Shown piece by piece: positions 1-8,886 of a DNA stretch of 48,518 bases. The notes beneath the pieces are model-generated. The model did no database searches, was not told where the DNA came from, and saw only the letters and a list, made by a program, of their open reading frames with translations. Source of the stretch: a virus (Duplodnaviria; Caudoviricetes); the IMG/VR virus record IMGVR_UViG_3300032290_000667, positions 1-48,518 of that record. One strand, written 5' to 3'. Numbering within the stretch: the stretch's first letter is position 1; each line of letters opens with the position of its first letter. Made by a program: the position numbers and the translations under genes.

Positions 1-13
1 AAATATATAAACT

Positions 14-238
14 ATGGACGGATATAAATTAACTATAAATCAAAAAGATTCAATTCAAGGTGTAATGTACGCCCCTGACCAGTACTTCAACTGTGTGCAA
101 GATATTAACGCAGATTGGTTTACTTTCTTGTCAGCTGATGACATCGTAATCGTAACTAATTCCGAATGGGCGTGGATTTTAGATTGTCCGTTTGTTGAGT
201 ACATACCACCAATTCCACCGACACCGATTAATGAGTGA
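14..238 (+). CDS. small hypothetical protein (Pro-rich C-terminus)
   Basis: 74 aa ORF with ATG after an A-rich leader. Confidence 0.6.
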   Translation: MDGYKLTINQKDSIQGVMYAPDQYFNCVQDINADWFTFLSADDIVIVTNSEWAWILDCPFVEYIPPIPPTPINE

Positions 239-308
239 TTATGAAAAAGAAATTATTTAACATACTAGAAGAAGTTGTGGCCTTCTTGACCACTTGGAAT
301 ATACTATA

Positions 309-512
309 ATGAAAGACATTCTCATAAATAAATTACACGATTACGAGGGATTGATGGCCTTCAGCAGTTGCTTCCTTATGATGCAGACAATAGATTGGAC
401 TAACGAGATCATTAAATACATCGTCAGTTTCACTATGTCGATCCTAAGCGCATATGTTGTAAACAGACTCAAGAAACGTTGGGATAAAAAAGAAAACAAT
501 ACAGAGTTATAA
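309..512 (+). CDS. small membrane protein, holin-like
   Basis: Two hydrophobic segments and a basic C-terminus (RLKKRWDKK); ATG at 309 preferred over TTG at 294. Confidence 0.5.
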   Translation: MKDILINKLHDYEGLMAFSSCFLMMQTIDWTNEIIKYIVSFTMSILSAYVVNRLKKRWDKKENNTEL

Positions 513-532
513 CAACCTATTAATTAAATTGT

Positions 533-540
533 TAACTTTG
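533..540 (+). promoter_or_regulatory. Bacteroidota -7 promoter element
   Basis: TAACTTTG matches TAnnTTTG in intergenic DNA. Confidence 0.55.
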
Positions 541-573
541 AAATCTCCTGTTTTTTTCATTGTATCATGGCTA

Positions 574-610
574 GAAATCCCCCTTGACTCACATCGAGGG
601 GTTTTCTTTT
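574..610 (+). terminator. intrinsic terminator
   Basis: CCCCTTGA-ctcaca-TCGAGGGG hairpin followed by TTTTCTTTT. Confidence 0.7.
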
Positions 611-620
611 AGTAAACAAT

Positions 621-1028
621 ATGGCAAAGAAGTGTACCGTCGAAGAGTGTAACTACCCAGTGTTTTCAAGGGGTTACTGCAAGATCCATCAAAGGCTTAG
701 GAAGGATAAGAAGCCTAAGGCTCCTATCAAGCAAGAAACAATAGAAACACTTAACGGTAAAACAGAGATAGATATATTCAACGAGATATGGGAGGAAAGA
801 CCTCACGTGTCTGAGTTATCTGGCAAGCCCTTACCATACGACAAAACAAATATGAAAATGTGGGTCTGTCAATTCCTTCATGTAATAAATAAGGGTCGTA
901 GCCCATCGCTTAGATTGGATAAGCGTAATATACTCCTAGGCACCCCAGAAGAGCATAGATTCCAAGATCAATACGAAATCTTTAAGATAAGAAAGATTGA
1001 AATGTTGAGAAAATTATATGTTAAATGA
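621..1028 (+). CDS. Zn-finger / HNH-like (NinG-like) nuclease
   Basis: N-terminal CxxxxC...CxxH (CTVEECNYPVFSRGYCKIH); C-terminal H...N...H pattern (FLHVI...RNILL...EEH). Confidence 0.55.
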   Translation: MAKKCTVEECNYPVFSRGYCKIHQRLRKDKKPKAPIKQETIETLNGKTEIDIFNEIWEERPHVSELSGKPLPYDKTNMKMWVCQFLHVINKGRSPSLRLDKRNILLGTPEEHRFQDQYEIFKIRKIEMLRKLYVK

Positions 1029-1069
1029 TGAATATATGATTAAATGGTGTATATTTGCATCAATTAATT

Positions 1070-1786
1070 ATGTATTACGTTTATATTCACACAAAATCAG
1101 ACATGACTCCTTTTTACGTTGGCGTTGCTAGGATAAATGAGTCAAGATCAAAAGGCTTTCGCACTACCTATGAAAGAGCGCACGCATTTGCTAAGAGGCC
1201 ATATTATTGGAAACAAATAGCATCACAAGGATATTTTATATCTATACACGGGACATATCAAACATTAGCGGAAGCTCATGAAATTGAAAAAGAATTGATA
1301 TTAAAGTATGGTAGAATGGAGTATGATGCAAATGGTATACTATGCAATAGGTCTGTTGGGGGCATAGATTTTAATGCGAAAAAAATAAGACAAATACCAA
1401 TTCTCCAAATTGACATTAACACTAATGAGGTAATAAAAGAATGGAGGCAGCCACAAGACATAGAGACAGCTACTGGATACCTAAGGACAAATATTGTTAA
1501 ATGTTGCAGGAAAAAACAAATTACTGCAAATGGTTTTAAATGGCAGTACAAAGAAGATACATTTAAACACATAGATGCCACAGCAGCTAGAAAGAAAACA
1601 ACCAACAAAGGACAAATTTTATTGGCCCATAATTTAGTAACAAATCAAACTATGGAATTTAGAACTCAAGAAGAATGCTGTAAACATACAGGCATCAGCA
1701 GAAGCTTGATCCATGCTATTTTAAACAAAGGCAAAAAGCACGATGTTTGGTCGTTTAAATATAAGGGCTGGAGCCTTATGCGTTAG
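1070..1786 (+). CDS. GIY-YIG homing endonuclease with NUMOD1-like repeats
   Basis: YYVYIH...PFYVG, LILKYGR...LCN and NUMOD1-like IVKCCRKK...ANGFKWQY; own TATATTTG promoter at 1050-1057. Confidence 0.8.
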   Translation: MYYVYIHTKSDMTPFYVGVARINESRSKGFRTTYERAHAFAKRPYYWKQIASQGYFISIHGTYQTLAEAHEIEKELILKYGRMEYDANGILCNRSVGGIDFNAKKIRQIPILQIDINTNEVIKEWRQPQDIETATGYLRTNIVKCCRKKQITANGFKWQYKEDTFKHIDATAARKKTTNKGQILLAHNLVTNQTMEFRTQEECCKHTGISRSLIHAILNKGKKHDVWSFKYKGWSLMR

Positions 1787-2123
1787 TGTAGCGTTTAATA
1801 TACTCAACACACTTATCATTTACCAATATAAACAGCTTGCCCTTCTTCTCATCTGGGAAAGGGTTACACAAGGTAAACCAACACGAAGCGACACCATTTC
1901 TTTTAACGGATGGTACGGATGCATTCCTTAGCTGACCCTCAGATACACCAGTGATCAATGCTAATTGTGGAAATGTAATTATATTATAAGCTAAAACTTT
2001 TTTAACTTCAGCCTCAGTCAAGCTTCTTGATAGAGCTATTCTCTTTATTTGTTCGTCGTTAAAAACCGTAAGTGGCTGAATATCAACAAAGTTCTTAAGG
2101 TTCAATTCTCTTAGATTTGCCAT
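1776..2123 (-). CDS. putative helix-turn-helix DNA-binding protein
   Basis: TFPQLALITGVSEGQLRN HTH-like segment; ATG at 2123 lies 5 nt after TATCTTTG (2129-2136, minus). Confidence 0.5.
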   Translation of the reverse strand: MANLRELNLKNFVDIQPLTVFNDEQIKRIALSRSLTEAEVKKVLAYNIITFPQLALITGVSEGQLRNASVPSVKRNGVASCWFTLCNPFPDEKKGKLFILVNDKCVEYIKRYTNA

Positions 2124-2213
2124 ACCTGCAAAGATACTAATAATCTTTTGCATAGTAAGATATATTTTAATAAATTTTAAACAACTTGACTATCCTATGT
2201 CTATCTTTGTGTC

Positions 2214-2441
2214 ATGGCAAATTTAATCACTGTAACCGCTGTAGGAAAGAATGGTATCGCTAGAACGTCTTTTACCATCGCTATCCCTGTTTCTCAAATC
2301 AAAGAAGTAACTGCTGAGTCTAAAGGTATCGCTACTGCTTTGTCAACTATTTACTTATTTGACACTAAAGCTTCTGGTAGCACTAATGACTATCAAGTAA
2401 CTATCAACCAAGCTGCTGTAGTAACAGCTGCTAACACCTAA
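2214..2441 (+). CDS. small Ala/Thr-rich protein, possibly virion-associated
   Basis: Own promoter TATCTTTG (2202-2209) and terminator; codon style (GCT/GTA/ACT) like the capsid gene. Confidence 0.7.
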   Translation: MANLITVTAVGKNGIARTSFTIAIPVSQIKEVTAESKGIATALSTIYLFDTKASGSTNDYQVTINQAAVVTAANT

Positions 2442-2464
2442 TCCTTGATTTGATTAGAAAAATT

Positions 2465-2496
2465 AAGCCCCTTCACTAGATGTTGGGGCTTTTTTA
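2465..2496 (+). terminator. intrinsic terminator, probably bidirectional
   Basis: AAGCCCC...GGGGCTT hairpin with T-tract, between a + gene and a convergent tRNA. Confidence 0.75.
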
Positions 2497-2500
2497 TTTG

Positions 2501-2573
2501 AGCCACTTGTTAGAATCGAACTAACGACAAACTGATTACAAATCAGTTGCTCTACCAGCTGAGCTAAAGTGGC
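2501..2573 (-). tRNA. tRNA-Thr(TGT)
   Basis: GCCACTT/AAGTGGC acceptor stem, D-arm TAGCTCAGCTGGTAGAGC, anticodon arm CTGAT-TTGTAA-TCAG, T-loop GTTCGATTC; CCA not encoded. Confidence 0.95.
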
Positions 2574-2629
2574 AACACCCAATTCACCTTGCAGGTGTGC
2601 ACCCTTACAAGATTCCTATTGGCCCTGTT

Positions 2630-2884
2630 CTAATGGGAAGGGGGTTGGGTAATGTCTACATATCTATTAAATATGTCTACTACCTTATTGTGAGCAATAG
2701 TTACCATGTAATTAAACTGATTACTATTTTCTGCTTCTCGTACTTCATCCTTAAGGTTCTCTAAAATACTGACAACCTCCTCTTTGATATTAGAGTCGCA
2801 CTCATCAAAATGATCGTTAATAAAATCTTCTAACAAGTAAATTGATTCGTACAAACTATCTGGCTCGTCTATTGTGTCAAACAT
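2630..2884 (-). CDS. acidic hypothetical protein
   Basis: 84 aa ORF in a tightly packed minus-strand operon. Confidence 0.65.
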   Translation of the reverse strand: MFDTIDEPDSLYESIYLLEDFINDHFDECDSNIKEEVVSILENLKDEVREAENSNQFNYMVTIAHNKVVDIFNRYVDITQPPSH

Positions 2885-2886
2885 AA

Positions 2887-3117
2887 TTAATCTTTATCTA
2901 CAAATGTAATGAACTCTGGGTCTACCAAAAACACCTTGCCTCTGTTATCCCTGCAAAGTGCTATGGTCTGAGAGTGGTATCTCCACTCACCGTTACTGTC
3001 TTGCTTAGAGACTGGAGTTAAGCCCCAATCAATAAAGGTTAAGTCATCCCATCCTTCTGGGTCTAACTGCTCGCCCTCGTCGTCAAAGACAGCTGGTCTG
3101 TATACTGATACTCTCAT
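2887..3117 (-). CDS. hypothetical protein
   Basis: 76 aa ORF, ATGA overlap with upstream gene. Confidence 0.65.
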   Translation of the reverse strand: MRVSVYRPAVFDDEGEQLDPEGWDDLTFIDWGLTPVSKQDSNGEWRYHSQTIALCRDNRGKVFLVDPEFITFVDKD

Positions 3118-3353
3118 TTGATTGGTGCTCCTTTGTCTACTCTAATGACATATCTCATGTCATCGGTTGATCTAATTGCGCTCCACTTGGCTTGCTCATC
3201 GTAGCTAGCAACCACTGACATAGACTTGTCGTTACCTGCCGCATCCACATACCAAACAGTATAGTTGAATGTCGTAGGTATGTTAACGAAGTTTGTTTCG
3301 TGGTCGTGCTCGCCTGGCTGCAAGTCATCGCTTGGCCTTCTTTCGTTAGTCAT
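3114..3353 (-). CDS. hypothetical protein
   Basis: 79 aa ORF, ATGA overlaps. Confidence 0.65.
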   Translation of the reverse strand: MTNERRPSDDLQPGEHDHETNFVNIPTTFNYTVWYVDAAGNDKSMSVVASYDEQAKWSAIRSTDDMRYVIRVDKGAPIK

Positions 3354-3568
3354 AGTAATTTAGTAATTTTATTAGGGATTGTTTTGTTTAACAAAGCCTC
3401 ATGCAACTCAATGTAACTTACCTCAACGATACTTTGTAAGTGTTGGCCATAGTAGAAATCTACCACATCCCCATAGATGTGAACGTTCGCATGGGTATGC
3501 TTGGCCTTCAACTTACTAAGTATTTCATTTATAATAGGTTGTGTTTCATTGAGTTGCGACTTTTTCAT
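3350..3568 (-). CDS. hypothetical protein
   Basis: ATG at 3568 downstream of TATATTTG promoter (3578-3585, minus). Confidence 0.6.
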   Translation of the reverse strand: MKKSQLNETQPIINEILSKLKAKHTHANVHIYGDVVDFYYGQHLQSIVEVSYIELHEALLNKTIPNKITKLL

Positions 3569-3613
3569 ATTTAATTGCAAATATAATAATAAAAAATTAT
3601 ATTATGTAAAATA

Positions 3614-3967
3614 TTAACTAATTAAATACCTTAAATTTTTAATCTTAATCTTGCTAGCCTCGATTCCAAGGTCTTTAAAGAACTCTCGTTTCATCTTGGA
3701 TATGCTAGCAGACGGTAACTTCTCCATCTTATCCTTAGTAAACTTGGTCTCCCAAGCCTCGTTGCACTTGTCTATGTAAGCCTCGTGCTGTTCGATCTCA
3801 TCTAGGATAAACTGCTCTCTTGGATCGGTCTCCATGTACATCTTCATTTCTCTCAAGGTAGTAAGCCTGCCTACTCCCTTCTTTTTGTCCTTGTCATCTA
3901 CCAGAGGATTGCTCAACTCTGATATTAACTCGTCAATGTCTCGTTGTATATCTGCTATTGTTTTCAT
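3614..3967 (-). CDS. helical hypothetical protein
   Basis: 117 aa ORF, translationally coupled. Confidence 0.65.
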   Translation of the reverse strand: MKTIADIQRDIDELISELSNPLVDDKDKKKGVGRLTTLREMKMYMETDPREQFILDEIEQHEAYIDKCNEAWETKFTKDKMEKLPSASISKMKREFFKDLGIEASKIKIKNLRYLIS

Positions 3968-4431
3968 ACTGCTAACTCTTGTTGTAGTGCTGGTGATTCC
4001 ATGACTGGCATTCCAAATTGTTTTTGATGCTCAATAATGTGCTCCTCTATCATGGTAACTAACTTGTCGTATTGATCACGGTAAACTTTGTTTGTATCGT
4101 AGTCGTCACAATGCTTTCTAACTGCATTTACAATTGTTGAGTGGTCTTGCATAAGGTTTAAGGACTTGCCAATCTCTGCTAGACTCATGTGAGTATTGTT
4201 TCTTACCCAATAAAAGTACATATATCTAGCCCTTACATAGTCAGACTTTCTGGTCTTAGTGTCTATGTTAATCCCAAAGAACTCGCAGATTACTTCCTTA
4301 GCTATCTCAGCATCAGAAAATCTTCTCAGTGGGGATGGGAATATGTTTACTCCCTGCATTCGTCTTCTTAAGATCATTAACTCTTGTCTCAATCTCATGT
4401 TCTCAATTCTCAATTCTTCTAATTTTTTCAT
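3964..4431 (-). CDS. DnaA C-terminal (domain IV)-like HTH protein
   Basis: TRKSDYVRARYMYFY...MSLAEIGKSL..QDHSTIVNAVRK matches the DnaA_C signature. Confidence 0.8.
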   Translation of the reverse strand: MKKLEELRIENMRLRQELMILRRRMQGVNIFPSPLRRFSDAEIAKEVICEFFGINIDTKTRKSDYVRARYMYFYWVRNNTHMSLAEIGKSLNLMQDHSTIVNAVRKHCDDYDTNKVYRDQYDKLVTMIEEHIIEHQKQFGMPVMESPALQQELAV

Positions 4432-5711
4432 AATATACTTGTAAATTTTTGTGTTGGTTTATTAAATTCTAAATCTGTTGACAGGCAAGCTCCGTTTCTA
4501 TGCTTAGCCCATATAAATTCTATCTTGGTTGTTTGCACGCTCTTGTCATCAGCGTTCTCGTCGTATAGGAATATAACTATGTCAGCATCCTGCTCTAAGC
4601 TACCAGACTCCCTAAGGTCACTTAGCCTCGGCTTGCCATTGTTTCTCTTCTCTACATCCCTTGACAGCTGAGCAAGGGCTAGTATCGGCACATTCAATTC
4701 CTTGGCTACCATCTTGAGTGTTCTGCTTATAAAGGATACTTCCTGCTCACGATTGCCTTTTACATTGGCAGTCATCAGCTGAACATAATCAACCACTATA
4801 AACTTCACCCCAAACTTTCTCACCATCCTTCTAGCCTTAGCCTTAAACTCAAGCACTGATAAGCCAGAGGTATCGTCTATGTATAAAGGCAGGTTAAAGT
4901 TTTGTTTGTGTATGGCTTGCCACTGCTTCTCACCAAGGTCAGCGTTCCTTAGTTTCTCTGAGCCAATGCCTGCTGAAATCGATAACAGCCTACCCATCAA
5001 TTCCCTTGTTGACATCTCTAAAGAAAAGAATGCAACGGGTATTTTCTGAGCAATAATATTGTAGGTAAAGTTTAGCGCTGATGCTGTCTTGCCCGTGCCT
5101 GGCCTCCCTGCCATGATGATCAAGTTAGGGGCGTGCCATCCGTTTGTAATCTGATTAATCTTATGGTAGCCAGTGTCAATGCCCGTGATCAATTTATCTG
5201 AGGCCTGTATGGTCTCCAATTCCTTAATGTAATCAAGGGCTGCCTTAGATAATGACACCGCCTCCCCCGATCCTTTTAGCTGAGTCTTCTCAAGATCGGT
5301 AAGCATTGTGGCTTGGATGTCAAACGGGTCAGCGTTCTCATTAAATGCCATATCAGCTGCCAAGCTAGACACCCTTATAATTTCCCTTAGGTTATACTTC
5401 TGTATTACTAGGGCTGAGTGGTATTCTATGTTGGCCGTTGATGTTATCTTGGCTGTCAGCTGAGCAAGGTAAGCCATGCCACCTATTGCATCCAATGTCT
5501 TATTCTTTTTAAGTTGTTGACTGACGGTCAGTATATCTATTGGACTGCTTTCAACTGCTAGATCTAAAACTGCTTGGTAAACATAGCCGTTGCTCTGGTC
5601 GTAGAAGTGTTCTGGTCTGAGCATTGGCACCTTGTCTACTGCATTCTTTTCTAGCATCAGAGCGCCAAGGATGACCTTCTCAACTTCAATTGCTTGTGGT
5701 TGTATATTCAT
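4428..5711 (-). CDS. dnaB: replicative DNA helicase, DnaB family
   Basis: PQAIEVEKVILGALM N-terminus, GRPGTGKT Walker A, FSLEM, IVVDYVQLM, LAQLSR, PRLSDLRESGSLEQDAD, AKHRNG. Confidence 0.97.
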   Translation of the reverse strand: MNIQPQAIEVEKVILGALMLEKNAVDKVPMLRPEHFYDQSNGYVYQAVLDLAVESSPIDILTVSQQLKKNKTLDAIGGMAYLAQLTAKITSTANIEYHSALVIQKYNLREIIRVSSLAADMAFNENADPFDIQATMLTDLEKTQLKGSGEAVSLSKAALDYIKELETIQASDKLITGIDTGYHKINQITNGWHAPNLIIMAGRPGTGKTASALNFTYNIIAQKIPVAFFSLEMSTRELMGRLLSISAGIGSEKLRNADLGEKQWQAIHKQNFNLPLYIDDTSGLSVLEFKAKARRMVRKFGVKFIVVDYVQLMTANVKGNREQEVSFISRTLKMVAKELNVPILALAQLSRDVEKRNNGKPRLSDLRESGSLEQDADIVIFLYDENADDKSVQTTKIEFIWAKHRNGACLSTDLEFNKPTQKFTSIL

Positions 5712-5923
5712 AAATTTTTAAGTTGTTGTAGTCTCATTAAGTAAGGTCTGTATCGTTCGTTCCCATTGTGCTCTCTGACTATTGCAAAGTGGCTTTTAAG
5801 AAATTGTAATACATCGGTTATAATCACCTGCTCTGTTAGTTTTATACTACCCTTCGGTAGCTTGTGGGTCTTAAAGAATATCTCTAGCTCCTTAATATCT
5901 GCATCCCATGGCTGTGGTTTCAT
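5708..5923 (-). CDS. hypothetical protein
   Basis: 71 aa ORF, coupled to dnaB. Confidence 0.65.
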   Translation of the reverse strand: MKPQPWDADIKELEIFFKTHKLPKGSIKLTEQVIITDVLQFLKSHFAIVREHNGNERYRPYLMRLQQLKNL

Positions 5924-6168
5924 AGCTCTCTGTACTCTTGATCGTTTCTGCTTAGCTCCTTTACCTTAGCCTCATACCACTGAGCCTTTTTTAAATCCTG
6001 CTCTACGGGTTGATCGGGCTTGCTCCCTAGTCTCATTCTATACTTGAAGGCACACATTTGGCAGTGTAGTTTAAAGGCTTCAGCACCCCATATGTCAACC
6101 ATCATTTGCCATACTTCTTTATTGTTTTGTTTGTAATGCTCTGGGTTTATGTAATCGTAATCTGTCAT
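5920..6168 (-). CDS. DUF3310-like phage protein
   Basis: INPEHY...AFKYRMRLGSK...QDLKKAQWY motif. Confidence 0.8.
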   Translation of the reverse strand: MTDYDYINPEHYKQNNKEVWQMMVDIWGAEAFKLHCQMCAFKYRMRLGSKPDQPVEQDLKKAQWYEAKVKELSRNDQEYREL

Positions 6169-6689
6169 ATCTTTGGTATTATAATTTCTCTCTCTTGTGG
6201 TTTGTTGTTCCCGAATTGTTTATTCCTGTTTGCCCATGTCTCAAGCCTTAAGTTTAGCGCCCAAGTCTTCTCCATCTCAAACTTTAGTTTTGTATTGCTT
6301 TGGTTAGGCTCTGACCAGTATCTGTAAAAGTCATTCAGCATATCCCTGCCGTACTTATCGACATAAGTCTTAAGCCCTTCGGCAAATGTTTGTCGTCTCT
6401 GCTCTATCGTAACTCGCTGATTATCATTCTGATTTTGCTTACTTTTGCTTTCTTTTGCTTTGGTTTGCTTAGTGTTCTTAAGGCCATTGTCCCTCATCTT
6501 TTCAGACTTAAGCTTGTCCTTCTCAAACCCATCCACAAACATCGTATGCAATATCTTTAGTCCACTTGGGGCTATGGTCACATCATTGATATGATAATCG
6601 TACAACGATCTAAATAGCTGGCCTAACTCTTGGTCGCTTAGGTCTTGTATATATTTATATGTATCTAATTTTATTGTGAACTTTTTCAT
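6165..6689 (-). CDS. replication initiator / replisome organizer
   Basis: N-terminal LSDQELGQLFRSLYDY, internal iterons, C-terminal FYRYWSE...EKTW...RLETW; upstream of dnaB. Confidence 0.7.
   Translation of the reverse strand: MKKFTIKLDTYKYIQDLSDQELGQLFRSLYDYHINDVTIAPSGLKILHTMFVDGFEKDKLKSEKMRDNGLKNTKQTKAKESKSKQNQNDNQRVTIEQRRQTFAEGLKTYVDKYGRDMLNDFYRYWSEPNQSNTKLKFEMEKTWALNLRLETWANRNKQFGNNKPQEREIIIPKI
6434..6470 (+). repeat. iterons (4 x TTTGCTT, exact 10-bp period), probable origin
   Basis: TTTGCTT at 6434, 6444, 6454 and 6464, inside the initiator gene. Confidence 0.75.
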
Positions 6690-6695
6690 AGTGGT

Positions 6696-6725
6696 AAAAA
6701 AAGGGGATGGCACATCATCCCCCTT
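6696..6725 (-). terminator. intrinsic terminator upstream of the initiator gene
   Basis: Minus strand GGGGATG-atgtgc-CATCCCC followed by TTTTTTT. Confidence 0.75.
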
Positions 6726-6762
6726 GCAACTTAAACTTTCAATTATGAATCCTTATATGTGC

Positions 6763-7062
6763 CTAAGAATTTTTTGCTCGGTATACATAGGTATACTCGT
6801 TGCTATTTGTTTCGGGGCATAGTTGCTTGCCTACTCTCACTATCTCGCCTTGTTGGTTTAATAGTGTAATCACTCGCCTACAGCTAACGATTAAATACCC
6901 AGTCTCCTTTTGAACCATAGACCCCGTGAACATTTTGTTTGGGTTGTCTTGGAATAACTGAAGGATGATTTTACGCTGAGCCATAGCTTTCGCTACATTC
7001 TCTTGAAGCTTTGCGCCACTCTCTTTGGTGGTATTGAAAAAGGCTACTATCCTTGAAAACAT
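6763..7062 (-). CDS. winged-helix-like protein
   Basis: ILQLFQDNP..FTGSMVQKE....SCRRVITLL...GEI pattern. Confidence 0.55.
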   Translation of the reverse strand: MFSRIVAFFNTTKESGAKLQENVAKAMAQRKIILQLFQDNPNKMFTGSMVQKETGYLIVSCRRVITLLNQQGEIVRVGKQLCPETNSNEYTYVYRAKNS

Positions 7063-7063
7063 A

Positions 7064-7495
7064 TTACACCTCCTTGTATTCTGATGTCGGCATTAATACC
7101 TTGCCACCCATCGCTTTAATAATCTGAACTGCTCTATCAAAGTCCATGGCATTGGCCTTTGTATTAGCCTTTGACTTAGCCTCGATGGCCTCTCTTAACT
7201 GCTGTCTCACCTTGATCGATTCTTTGTCTACTCGGCTTGCAATCTCTCTATCCTCTAAAGCAAAGAAGTCATTGCTATTAACTTTGTACACGCCTCTAGT
7301 AATCTTGGTAAGAAAGCCAGCGCTAGCCATGTAATAAAACACATTGTTGTTTACATTGTTTTGTTTCATGAACTTGCTAATCTCGGCTACTTCAAAGCCG
7401 TTAACTTTTAAGAAGTGGTCTCTAAGTAATTTGGTTAAGACTAATGCATCTCTGTAAGTCTTAGTGTTTTTTTGGTAATCTGCTTTTGTTGTCAT
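7064..7495 (-). CDS. hypothetical protein
   Basis: 143 aa ORF. Confidence 0.7.
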   Translation of the reverse strand: MTTKADYQKNTKTYRDALVLTKLLRDHFLKVNGFEVAEISKFMKQNNVNNNVFYYMASAGFLTKITRGVYKVNSNDFFALEDREIASRVDKESIKVRQQLREAIEAKSKANTKANAMDFDRAVQIIKAMGGKVLMPTSEYKEV

Positions 7496-7631
7496 TGTTT
7501 AAATTGGTTAAATAATTGGTTTGATTTTCTTGTCTAATGTAGTTCAACCACTTGGCGAACTCGATTGGATTGATGCCTACTGCACTGCAATAGTCAATCG
7601 TTTTGGTCTGAAGTTGTGCTATGTTACTCAT
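7461..7631 (-). CDS. small hypothetical protein (not in ORF track)
   Basis: MSNIAQLQTKTIDYCSAVGINPIEFAKWLNYIRQ..., ATGA overlap with the ATPase stop. Confidence 0.5.
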   Translation of the reverse strand: MSNIAQLQTKTIDYCSAVGINPIEFAKWLNYIRQENQTNYLTNLNNDNKSRLPKKH

Positions 7632-8857
7632 TGCATTATTTCGATTGTTAATTTCTCATTGCCTCTGTCAACCTGCTCCATGATAATTTGCCAGTCATAC
7701 TTCTGAGCCATCTCTTGTATTTCCTTAAGCCTCTTAGCTCCCAAGGACTCGCCTCTTTGTATGAATAGAATACCAAGGTCTTTGTTCTCAGCCATCTTTA
7801 GCTTGCATCCTAAATGCATAATCTCAGATGATGATAGGTTGTGGGTAGTAACGGGAATGCCGTTGTAGATTAAGCTATCCTCGTCAAAGGTAAGACCCTC
7901 GACGGGCACATCACAATCCCTAATTGCATCCTCGATCGCTTGCTTACTTGATTCAATGAATGCAGTCAGCTCACCGCTATCAGACTTCAAGGACTCAAGC
8001 ATGGCTTGTTGCTTTAAGAAGTCATCACGCTTTTCAAACGCTGAGTTAATCTCGTAAGCACCATCCTTCTGAGCCATCAATGTTGACACATCAATCTCTG
8101 AATTAGATACCAACCAATCGTTAGCGCTCTCATTCATCTTCTCCAATTCCTTACGCTTGTCTTCCAACTCTTTAATCTGAGCATTTAAAATCAGCACTTC
8201 GCTCTGGCGTTGGGCTAATCTTTCCTTCACCGATAGCACTTTCTTATTGTGCTCAAGCGCTGATTCTATTTGCTCGGTTAATTGCTTAGTGTCTACGGGG
8301 CGCTCAGGCATATCGAATATTTTCTTATACGGATGCTCAGCTATGTACCCTTCCAACATCTTAGCCTCTCTGTTCTTTTCGGTTCTCTCATCGTAGGCTC
8401 TCTTTACTCTTGCTTCTTGAGACTCCATGAACTCTCTTATCTCCTGCGGTAAGAAAGATTTGTATATCTCAATCTGCTTTTTGCGACCACTCGTTGAGTC
8501 AGACAATTGTACGAACTCATCAATGTCAAAGTCCATAGCGCCCACCACATTGGCTATAACGCTTTTGCGAGTGTCCTTAAATCCTTCAGGGCTTACCAAA
8601 GTAATCTGAGGCTTACCCTTTTTGAACTCGACATTAAATGTCCACTCTTGTCCGTTCTTGTCAACGATCACCTGACCTTCTCCTGTTTTTACTTCAGGCA
8701 GGTCGCTTGTCTTTCCAAGGGCAAGTTCAATAAATTGTATGAACGATGATTTGCCCACTCCGTTGTCTCCTAATAGCAATATGTTATTGCCGTTGATTTC
8801 TTTCTCAAGGTTCTTGATTACTTTGTAATCCTTAATCCTTACTTTTAAAACTTTCAT
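7628..8857 (-). CDS. SMC/Rad50-like AAA ATPase with coiled coil
   Basis: MKVLKVRIKDYKVI start, GDNGVGKSS Walker A, central coiled coil, LSSSE signature-like motif. Confidence 0.8.
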   Translation of the reverse strand: MKVLKVRIKDYKVIKNLEKEINGNNILLLGDNGVGKSSFIQFIELALGKTSDLPEVKTGEGQVIVDKNGQEWTFNVEFKKGKPQITLVSPEGFKDTRKSVIANVVGAMDFDIDEFVQLSDSTSGRKKQIEIYKSFLPQEIREFMESQEARVKRAYDERTEKNREAKMLEGYIAEHPYKKIFDMPERPVDTKQLTEQIESALEHNKKVLSVKERLAQRQSEVLILNAQIKELEDKRKELEKMNESANDWLVSNSEIDVSTLMAQKDGAYEINSAFEKRDDFLKQQAMLESLKSDSGELTAFIESSKQAIEDAIRDCDVPVEGLTFDEDSLIYNGIPVTTHNLSSSEIMHLGCKLKMAENKDLGILFIQRGESLGAKRLKEIQEMAQKYDWQIIMEQVDRGNEKLTIEIMQ

Positions 8858-8886
8858 TGTATTATGGTTTAAAATCCCTGCTTAAA

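Noticed and set aside
3585-3612. Second dif-like site (TTATGTAAAAT)
   Set aside because: No ATAA on the XerC side; it overlaps the -33 region of a minus-strand promoter.
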